Shown piece after piece: positions 28,401-35,220 of a stretch of 64,000 bases of DNA (position 1 is its first letter; each line of letters begins with the position of its first letter). A program made the position numbers and the translations under genes. The notes below the pieces were generated by a model. It did not search any database. It was not told the DNA's origin and saw only the letters and a list, made by a program, of their open reading frames with translations. The DNA comes from Clostridia bacterium (GTDB lineage: Bacteria; Bacillota; Clostridia; Oscillospirales; CAG-272): positions 209-64,208 of the forward strand of contig JAFXFN010000024.1 of assembly GCA_017520505.1 (NCBI GenBank), in the 5' to 3' direction.

Positions 28401-29357
28401 TTGTCATCTTATAACAGAGATACGAAATCTTACGAAAGCTATGAAATGCTTTCAAAATTGCTTAACAGCAATAAAAAGGAGAATATCGATACGGTTTACG
28501 ATACTCTCAAAAAGCTCACGGAGCAGAATTATGAGGGAAGCCTTGCGGAAAATGAGGCTGAATACGCCAAGGCAAGGGATACCTTGTCGAGAAACAGAGC
28601 AAAGTCGGAAAAGTACCTCGATTATTTTGTAAACGAGGGCGGATATGCAAACAGCGGTGTAGGTACTGATGCAAGGCTGAAGCAGGAGCTTAATTACGAA
28701 AACAACGTGAGTGCGCTTAACTCCGAGCAGGTCGCTGCAAAGGAAAAGCTTGCAAGAGAAAAGCAGGCGGAGATACTCAGAATAGAAAGCGAGCGTGCAT
28801 CGGCACAGGCGGAAGCTGACACGGAGCTTGCCGATATGGCTTTGAAGAACGAACAGCTCGAGCTTCAGAAAAAGCAGGTCGAGCAGGACAATTATTGGAA
28901 GAGCAAGCAGTATGAGCTTCAGAAAAACGCATATTCAGGTTCTTCCTCGTCTTCATCATCCTCGTCGGGCGGCGGTGCATCACACGGAGATTCGGCGTAC
29001 AGCGCCGTTATGTACAACGAGATGATAAAGAAGCTTTCCGAGTGTAAAAATGCCGATCAAATGCAGGAATTGTACGATTCCATTGTCGGCGAGAACACAG
29101 CGGCGGCACAGGGGATTTACGGAAGCTTTTATTCAAAGCTTCTTTCCGAAATGCGTGAAACGCTTCTGGACAAGCGTGCCGAGGAGGATAACGATGACAA
29201 GGTGCGTGAGATATGCAGACTTATGACGAAGGTTGGGTATAACTCAAATAACGTGTTCATCAATCTCTACAGAGATTCTATGCTTACATCTCATCCGCAG
29301 TACACGACCGAGCAGGTCGAGGAAGCGTACAGACGAGTCATAAGACTCTGGGGCTGA
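28401..29357 (+). CDS. Coiled-coil protein with a poly-Ser tract (318 aa)
   Basis: TTG start after an AGGAGG RBS. Long Glu/Lys/Gln-rich heptad-like region and an S10 tract. Confidence 0.55.
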   Translation: MSSYNRDTKSYESYEMLSKLLNSNKKENIDTVYDTLKKLTEQNYEGSLAENEAEYAKARDTLSRNRAKSEKYLDYFVNEGGYANSGVGTDARLKQELNYENNVSALNSEQVAAKEKLAREKQAEILRIESERASAQAEADTELADMALKNEQLELQKKQVEQDNYWKSKQYELQKNAYSGSSSSSSSSSGGGASHGDSAYSAVMYNEMIKKLSECKNADQMQELYDSIVGENTAAAQGIYGSFYSKLLSEMRETLLDKRAEEDNDDKVREICRLMTKVGYNSNNVFINLYRDSMLTSHPQYTTEQVEEAYRRVIRLWG

Positions 29358-29509
29358 CGGCTGTCTGAAATTTTTATCGGACGAAAAGGATAGACAGCGG
29401 TTTGCAAAATTAAAAGACAGAGGGTTAAAGCGTGATGTTCTTATCGGAGAAATCACAAATCAGTTGGCTCATATGGCGCATATTTGCGATGCAGTAAACA
29501 AATAATTAG

Positions 29510-29546
29510 CCCCGACAGATTTTAAAGTCTGTCGGGGTCATTTTTT
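29510..29546. terminator. Bidirectional terminator closing the phage-like cluster
   Basis: CCCCGACAGA-TTTTAAAG-TCTGTCGGGG followed by TCATTTTTT. Confidence 0.8.
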
Positions 29547-30234
29547 AGTTGTTTATCAATTTATCTACCCATTCTTGAGTTAAAACATATTCTATATCGT
29601 CGATTATGATTGAATATGCTTTGTCATCAAATGACATCACTTGCAAAGGAATAACTATGTTAACATCGTCCTGTATAACACCGCAGGCATATCCGTAGAC
29701 ATAACAGTTTTTCAACATCCCGTCGGGTTGCTTTACCAAATCATACAATCCAGCATCTTTTGCCTTTTGCCCGCTTTTAATTTCATTAAGAAAATCTTCG
29801 CATTCAGTTATTCCGTTTTTTGAGATTATCGTTTCATCACTATTAAAAAGCGAACCTTTTACAAAATCAAATCTAATACAATTATCAATAGTGACTTCTG
29901 TTTTCAGTAATTCGGACTTTACATACATAGCAGCAAACTCATTGTCGGGGAAATATCTTACCAACACATCTTGACTACCATTAACAGAATACATACCTGT
30001 TTTAACCTTATTGGTAAGATGAACAAAGGTCTTTTTTTCTCCCTTTACATGACCGATGAACTCCCATTCTCCAAAGCACCAAACTCTACCCTCGTTGCCG
30101 ACAAAAGTGTATTCAGTGCCGTCGATTGTTACAATGTTTTTATCTTCAGTTTCCGTAAATTTAACTTTATTGGTACAAGCGGAAAAAGAAAAAATAACTA
30201 CCAAACAAATAAAAATAACGAATATCTTTTTCAT
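29545..30234 (-). CDS. Lipoprotein (229 aa), AT-rich
   Basis: Lipobox FSFSAC. Hand count 17/60 G+C at 29581-29640. Confidence 0.7.
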   Translation of the reverse strand: MKKIFVIFICLVVIFSFSACTNKVKFTETEDKNIVTIDGTEYTFVGNEGRVWCFGEWEFIGHVKGEKKTFVHLTNKVKTGMYSVNGSQDVLVRYFPDNEFAAMYVKSELLKTEVTIDNCIRFDFVKGSLFNSDETIISKNGITECEDFLNEIKSGQKAKDAGLYDLVKQPDGMLKNCYVYGYACGVIQDDVNIVIPLQVMSFDDKAYSIIIDDIEYVLTQEWVDKLINN

Positions 30235-30330
30235 AAAATCCCCCCGTTTTTCTGTTTAATAAGCTTCTCTTTTTAATTTTGCATTTTTATTGTTTTATCG
30301 CAAGTTTCGCCTTTGTATTACAAAGGCATA

Positions 30331-30460
30331 GGGCAAAGCCCATACCCCTTGTAGGGCGAGGGTTTACTCCCGCCATCTTATTGACCTAAATTTTATGTTA
30401 CGGCGGGAGCAAGCCCCCGCCCTACGATATCCCATTATATCACAAATCGGCAGAGAAAAC
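30331..30460. mobile_element. Miniature derivative of the RAYT-type transposase unit (REP-L 30351-30374, REP-R 30402-30425, shared flank motifs)
   Basis: GTAGGGCGAGGGTTTACTCCCGCC ... GGCGGGAGCAAGCCCCCGCCCTAC. GGGCAAAGCCCATACCCC is the reverse complement of 52366-52383. CGGCAGAGAAAACA equals 52424-52437. Confidence 0.65.
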
Positions 30461-30463
30461 AAG

Positions 30464-30680
30464 AGTGATATTCCGACTTCGTCGGAGTAATATTATTGCT
30501 ACCGCAATAGTGATATTGAAGCCTTACGGCTTCAGTGGTATTTTATTCGCCTTCCAAAACTTGCGTAGCAAATATCACTCGGCATAAGCCGAATATCACT
30601 GCGAAGCAATATCACTCGCCAAAGGCGAATAAAACTGCCCAACTTTCTTATGGGAAGTTGGGCAATCCTCTGTCTTTTTT
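30464..30680. repeat. Word-hairpin array D (left arm GTGATAT at 30465 and 30510; right arm ATATCAC at 30572, 30593 and 30609) with a terminal hairpin at 30637-30663
   Basis: Spacers TCCGAC-TTC-GTCGGA, ATTGC-TACC-GCAAT, TGAAGCC-TTAC-GGCTTCA, CGGC-ATAA-GCCG and CGCC-AAA-GGCG. Ends in AATAAAAC + GCCCAACTT...AAGTTGGGC + a T-run. Confidence 0.7.
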
Positions 30681-30803
30681 ATAGCCGTACAAATTGCTTT
30701 TTGCAGTTTAGTGCCGAAAATCACAAAACAGATTTCTGAAAGAAATCTGCGCCTTGCCCCGAGGGGGGGACGGGGCAGGCGCAAGATGTGAAAACTAACA
30801 AGG

Positions 30804-31025
30804 CTATTTGCTTGATTTTCTTGGGGTGTCGGTTAACCCTGCAAGATAATCAATAGAAACATTATAATATTTTGCCAATACTATAAAATGGTGCATCGGC
30901 ATTTCACGCTTTCCGCTTTCGTAAAGCTGGTATTGCTGTCGGGTAATATTTAAAACCGATGCAATATCCTCTTGTTTTTTATCCGAATCTTCCCTGATAT
31001 CTTTCAATCTTTGATAAATGTACAT
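30804..31025 (-). CDS. XRE-family HTH transcriptional regulator (73 aa)
   Basis: MYIYQRLKDIRED...QEDIASVLNITRQQYQLYESGKREMPMHHFIVLAKYYNVSIDYLAG. Start trimmed to the ATG at 31025. Confidence 0.8.
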   Translation of the reverse strand: MYIYQRLKDIREDSDKKQEDIASVLNITRQQYQLYESGKREMPMHHFIVLAKYYNVSIDYLAGLTDTPRKSSK

Positions 31026-31073
31026 ATACTGTTTCCTATTCAAAATAAAGTTTTGTAAAAATATTATAGCATT

Positions 31074-31118
31074 GCATTCAAAAAAATGCTTGACGTGCAT
31101 TCAAATGAATGCTATAAT
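31074..31118 (+). promoter_or_regulatory. Promoter (TTGACG 31090-31095, TATAAT 31113-31118) with a GCATTCA-AA-TGAATGC operator filling the spacer
   Basis: Perfect 16-bp palindrome at 31097-31112 and a partial copy at 31074-31089. Lies in the divergent region next to the XRE gene. Confidence 0.65.
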
Positions 31119-31160
31119 ATTTTATATATTTGATTGAAAGGAATTTTAAAGGTAATTACT

Positions 31161-31445
31161 ATGAAAAAAACACTTGAAAGATTATGGTACGAGTATATGT
31201 TCGAGGAAAGTGCCGCAATTGATACGGAGGAACAAAGGATGCTTATGAAACAGACTTCGGAATTAAGCAAGAAGGCATACGAACTACTAAATGATGAACA
31301 ACAAGATGCCGTGGAAAATTATGTAGATTCGTTATGCGATCTGGAAGCACTTTTAGCAAAAAAAGCTTTTATTAAAGGGTGTGAATTTGCCGTTTCTTTT
31401 ATTTTGGAAGCGGGGAATTTTAAAAAAACAGACATTGGATTATGA
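31161..31445 (+). CDS. Small helical hypothetical protein (94 aa)
   Basis: ATG at 31161. Divergent partner of the XRE regulator. Terminator at 31482-31519. Confidence 0.55.
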   Translation: MKKTLERLWYEYMFEESAAIDTEEQRMLMKQTSELSKKAYELLNDEQQDAVENYVDSLCDLEALLAKKAFIKGCEFAVSFILEAGNFKKTDIGL

Positions 31446-31481
31446 CCGACGGAGTTGGGGGAGCTCCCGACAAAACAGATA

Positions 31482-31519
31482 CCCCGACAGACATTTAAAA
31501 TCTGTCGGGGCTTGTTTTT
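31482..31519. terminator. Terminator; inverted copy of the 29510-29537 hairpin
   Basis: CCCCGACAGA-CATTTAAAA-TCTGTCGGGG followed by CTTGTTTTT. Its reverse complement differs from the 29.5-kb copy by one inserted nucleotide. Confidence 0.75.
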
Positions 31520-31626
31520 ACTCGGTTAATAGATATTTATGATTTACATTTAATTGTATTTGTAAGTTATCGGGGAATAACTCAAACACTGTGTTATAGT
31601 CAAAATGTTAAAATAGTTTTGATGTT

Positions 31627-32319
31627 TTATGAAAGGGGAACGATGTTTACAATTCCCGTTTCGTAGTTTATTTTGACGGAATAGCCTGCGGCACGGATGA
31701 ACGGGTTTGCCGATTCACGGTCAAGAACTATCTCGCCGTTTATGACCTTGCGTACATAATGCGATGAATCGGGGTTCTTGGGCAGACCGAAGTCGGGAGT
31801 TGAAATATCCAAAATAAGCGTGAGGTTATCCTTGCTTATTATCGCTCTTTCCTCGTTCCATGTGACACTTGCGCCTATCTCTTTCATAATGCTTGTTATG
31901 GCAAGCTCCGAGGTTTTTAATTTTTCGTTTACGTAAACGTAACAGATGTCAGTTACGTCTTTGTCATCGATGTATACCTTCACGTTGCCTTTTTCGATTA
32001 TTTCCGCCGTATCGTGGTCATACGTGACACCGTCCACAACCTCATCTTCGGGCTCGCCTCTTGTGCCGGGGGCTTCTGCATATACCTTCGTGACCTCATC
32101 TGTGTCTTCGGAAGGAGTGACGGGGGTGTCGTCAGGTGTGCCGATATTATCTGACGGTGTGTTGTCGGGTGTGTCAGTGTTATCTGCAACCGTGCTTTCA
32201 AAAGCATCGGTTATTTTATCGGCTTTGGTGCTGTCGCTTGTGTTGTTTTCCGAGTCGGAGCAGGAAGCAAATGACAGCATTAAAATGCAGGATAATAAAA
32301 ATGCGGTGATTTTTTTCAT
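31627..32319 (-). CDS. Lipoprotein with a copper-amine-oxidase-N-terminal-like (stalk) domain
   Basis: Lipobox SFASC, an Asp/Thr/Pro-rich linker, and a C-terminal IMKEIGASVTWNEERAIIS-type motif. Confidence 0.55.
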   Translation of the reverse strand: MKKITAFLLSCILMLSFASCSDSENNTSDSTKADKITDAFESTVADNTDTPDNTPSDNIGTPDDTPVTPSEDTDEVTKVYAEAPGTRGEPEDEVVDGVTYDHDTAEIIEKGNVKVYIDDKDVTDICYVYVNEKLKTSELAITSIMKEIGASVTWNEERAIISKDNLTLILDISTPDFGLPKNPDSSHYVRKVINGEIVLDRESANPFIRAAGYSVKINYETGIVNIVPLS

Positions 32320-32364
32320 TTTGGATACCTCATGTTAGTTTGTTGAAATTTTATACTGCGGTAT

Positions 32365-33048
32365 TTAATTGATTATATCCTTTATCACCTCGGAGGCGAT
32401 TATAAGACCTGCCACCGATGGGGTGAACGAAATGCTTGCGGGGGTTCTTCCGCCCGATATGCTTTTCGGTTCTTCCTTTGAGTAAAGCACCTTCAGCGAT
32501 TTTACGCCTCGTGCCTTAAGCTCACGCCGCATGACCCTTGCAAGGGGGCAGACGGACGTTTTGTATACGTCAGTTATTTCGAATTCGGTAGGGTTGAGCT
32601 TGTTTCCCGTGCCCATACTGCTTATTACGGGCACGCCGAGCGACTTTGCCTGACAGATTATAAGGAGCTTTGAGGAAACCGTATCAATAGCATCAACAAT
32701 ATAATCGTAATTTGAAAAATCTATCGAGGATGCGTTTTCCGCACCGTAAAAAATGGGTAGGGAAAGAACGTCGGCCGAGGGGTTTATGTCCATTATTCGT
32801 GCTTTTGCCGCCTCGACCTTTAACATTCCGATGGTTGAATGAAGCGCATAAAGCTGGCGGTTCAGATTGGAGAGGGCGACCGTATCGCCGTCAACGAGCG
32901 TGAGGTGTCCTACCCCTGCACGTGCAAGTGATTCGGCTGTATACGAGCCGACACCGCCGATGCCGAATATCAGCACTCTTGATTTTTTTATTTTTTCCAA
33001 AGCGTCGGTACCGATAAGCGCTTCTGTTCTTGAAAATTGTTCGTTCAT
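32365..33048 (-). CDS. tcdA: tRNA threonylcarbamoyladenosine dehydratase (ThiF/MoeB family, TcdA-like)
   Basis: FGIGGVGS nucleotide-binding loop, DGDTVALSNLNRQ, 227 aa. Confidence 0.7.
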   Translation of the reverse strand: MNEQFSRTEALIGTDALEKIKKSRVLIFGIGGVGSYTAESLARAGVGHLTLVDGDTVALSNLNRQLYALHSTIGMLKVEAAKARIMDINPSADVLSLPIFYGAENASSIDFSNYDYIVDAIDTVSSKLLIICQAKSLGVPVISSMGTGNKLNPTEFEITDVYKTSVCPLARVMRRELKARGVKSLKVLYSKEEPKSISGGRTPASISFTPSVAGLIIASEVIKDIIN

Positions 33049-33163
33049 ATAGTAGATTCCTTGTGATGCTTTGATTGAAATTGGCGGAAATGGGGTTTGA
33101 AACGGGGTACCACTTCAAATTAAATTGACAAAAACGGTTTTTTAAATGAAATGTTTGCGAACA

Positions 33164-33193
33164 GAATAGGGCGTTGTATTCAACGCCCTATTC
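33164..33193. terminator. Terminator hairpin
   Basis: GAATAGGGCGTTG-TATT-CAACGCCCTATTC. Confidence 0.7.
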
Positions 33194-33207
33194 ATATTAT
33201 TTATGAG

Positions 33208-34851
33208 TTATGCCTTTTTCTTCTTGAGAATGATGAATACGACTGCTGCTACTGCAACTACTGCAACTGCAACGATTGCGATTATAAGACCTGTGTTTCC
33301 GCCTTCGCTGTCGCCTTCGCCTGTTGTTTCAGCGTCTGTTGATGCTGCTGTTTCATTGCTTGCGTTTGTGTCAGCGTTTGTGTCGGCGTCTGTGTCGGGA
33401 GCTGCTGTATCCTCTGCGGGAGCTTCCTGTGTATCCTCGGTGGGAGCGAATGTTGCAGCGGGATCAGTTTCAACTGTGATGCCCTCAACGTTGAACTTCT
33501 GAGCATCCTCGAGGTTGTTGAAGAAGCCTATTCCGTAAAGTGTCATTTCAGATGTAAGTGTGTCTGTAACTTCGTTTACGGGGTCAAAGCGGAGCTGGAG
33601 CAGACGGCCGTTCCATTCGCCTTCTGTGAAGCCTGCCGCTTCGTCATTCATAAAGTACTGGAAGTCGAGAACAACGATCTGTCCGCCTTCAACGTCGAAA
33701 TATTCCGACATAACGGATACACCTGCATCGATTGTGGGCGATGCGCTTGTTGTGAAGAACATTTCACCCCAGTTTGTTTCGTTTGTCTTGAGGTAAAGAG
33801 CAAGATAACGGTAATTACCTGCTTCGATCGCATAAAGGCTGTTAACGTCAAGCCAGAGCTGAGGATCAGCACCTGTCAAAGCCATGTGGATGGAACCGTC
33901 ATCGTTAAGGGTATATTCCATATCCTTCGTACCTGCGTTACCCATAGCGTTAAGGGGCTTGATGAGAGTTTCGTTGAATGTAAGAAGGAACTTCTCTGAT
34001 GTAATTGTTTCAATGGGGGGGAGTGTAACCGGTGCGTTGGGGTCAGCAAGCTCATCACCGCCTGTTGCACGGTCAGCAACGAACACAAGACGGTTTGAAC
34101 CGTAGATGTTCTTGTTACGTGTTGTCATAACGCCTGTACCCCACTCAATGTGGTTCTTGTAAAGGCCTGTGTCCTTGTCACCGTCATTTACGGAGATAGC
34201 AAAGCCGAGCTTTGTACCAACGTGGGGAAGTGTCTGAAGGATAACTTCCCACGGAATGAACAGCTCATACGTTGTTTCCTGCTTGGAAGCGTTGTGCTTT
34301 ACAACGTATCTGCCGTTACCGCCCGTAAGGTCCTCGTGGTCAACAACGCCGTGCCAGCTGTATGCGTATGTAACGCCGTCATCGCCGAGAGCAAATGCAA
34401 ATTCATTGTAAGAGGAGTGCCAGTTACCGTTTCTGTTTGACGTGGGGTTAAGTCCCTGGTCAACAGTACAGCCGTAAGCATCAAGACGAACCTGCAAGCA
34501 GTCGCCGTTCCAGATGCTGTTACGGTCTTCAACGACCTTTGCGTTGCAGTGCTGGTCATCGTATGCAACTACAGCAAGGTAGAAGCCCTGGAAGTTGTAA
34601 CGTGTCCACATTGAAAATTCCATACGTGTGCCGTCAAGTTCAAGGTCAACAACGGGGTTGTTTGCATCAGCATTTGCAACTGTGGGAGAACCCCATTCAG
34701 TAGCGGATACAACACCGTCAATAGTAGGCTCAGCGTTCTTTGCGAACTGGAGCGCTTCAACTGTTGCGAACTTTTCTTCTGCAAATACCGTCAAGGACGA
34801 CATTGTAAGAAGTGTTGCAACAACCAAAAAAATAGAAATTATTTTCTTCAT
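33208..34851 (-). CDS. Secreted carbohydrate-binding (CBM9-like) protein with a C-terminal membrane anchor
   Basis: Signal peptide. DGVVSATEWG-type CBM9 start. Thr/Asp/Ala linker and a terminal TM helix plus KKKKA. Confidence 0.55.
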   Translation of the reverse strand: MKKIISIFLVVATLLTMSSLTVFAEEKFATVEALQFAKNAEPTIDGVVSATEWGSPTVANADANNPVVDLELDGTRMEFSMWTRYNFQGFYLAVVAYDDQHCNAKVVEDRNSIWNGDCLQVRLDAYGCTVDQGLNPTSNRNGNWHSSYNEFAFALGDDGVTYAYSWHGVVDHEDLTGGNGRYVVKHNASKQETTYELFIPWEVILQTLPHVGTKLGFAISVNDGDKDTGLYKNHIEWGTGVMTTRNKNIYGSNRLVFVADRATGGDELADPNAPVTLPPIETITSEKFLLTFNETLIKPLNAMGNAGTKDMEYTLNDDGSIHMALTGADPQLWLDVNSLYAIEAGNYRYLALYLKTNETNWGEMFFTTSASPTIDAGVSVMSEYFDVEGGQIVVLDFQYFMNDEAAGFTEGEWNGRLLQLRFDPVNEVTDTLTSEMTLYGIGFFNNLEDAQKFNVEGITVETDPAATFAPTEDTQEAPAEDTAAPDTDADTNADTNASNETAASTDAETTGEGDSEGGNTGLIIAIVAVAVVAVAAVVFIILKKKKA

Positions 34852-34955
34852 ATTTCCTCCTGAAGTAAAAATTTTTTATTTTCTATACTCATATTATAAC
34901 AAATAAATCGAAAATGTCAAGCATATTCGTAAATTTAACATAGTACGAGTATTTT

Positions 34956-35038
34956 GGAAATTGAAAATTGAAAATCGAAAATGGAAAATTGCAGGGGCGG
35001 TAATGGGTTGAAGCGGGCGATTAATAATCGCCCCTACA
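34956..35038. repeat. Simple 7-nt word run (GAAAATN x5, 34956-34991) followed by a REP hairpin GGGCGATTAATAATCGCCC+CTACA (35015-35038)
   Basis: Read directly from the sequence. The same layout occurs at 57809-57885. Confidence 0.65.
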
Positions 35039-35220
35039 ACACCACGTTGAATAAAATGAACAAAAATGGGTTTGAAACGGGCGGAAATGGTTTTTCCCCA
35101 TTTATCCGTAGGGGCGTACACATCCTATTTGTAAACTTTGTTTTGAGGGTATTGAAAAAATAAATATATATGATATAATAAAGTCGGATAATAATACAAT
35201 AATAGATATGGATTTTTAAA

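Noticed and set aside
29343-29495. Open frame reading ...LSDEKDRQRFAKLKDRGLKRDVLIGEITNQLAHMAHICDAVNK after the last phage-cluster gene
   Set aside because: It has no ATG/GTG/TTG start with an RBS before the internal Met. It may be a gene remnant or a very small ORF, and I cannot support it as a feature.
18360-29560. att-type direct repeats, an integrase or a tRNA target flanking the phage-like cluster
   Set aside because: I looked at both borders by eye and found none. A computational repeat search could still find short (10-15 nt) att cores.
33203-34906. Multiple plus-strand ORFs antisense to the CBM9-like gene (e.g. 33203..33502, 34150..34440)
   Set aside because: They give low-complexity Ala/Ser/Val translations from the antisense of a Thr/Asp/Ala-rich linker and a well-formed 547-aa secreted protein. 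They are shadow ORFs.
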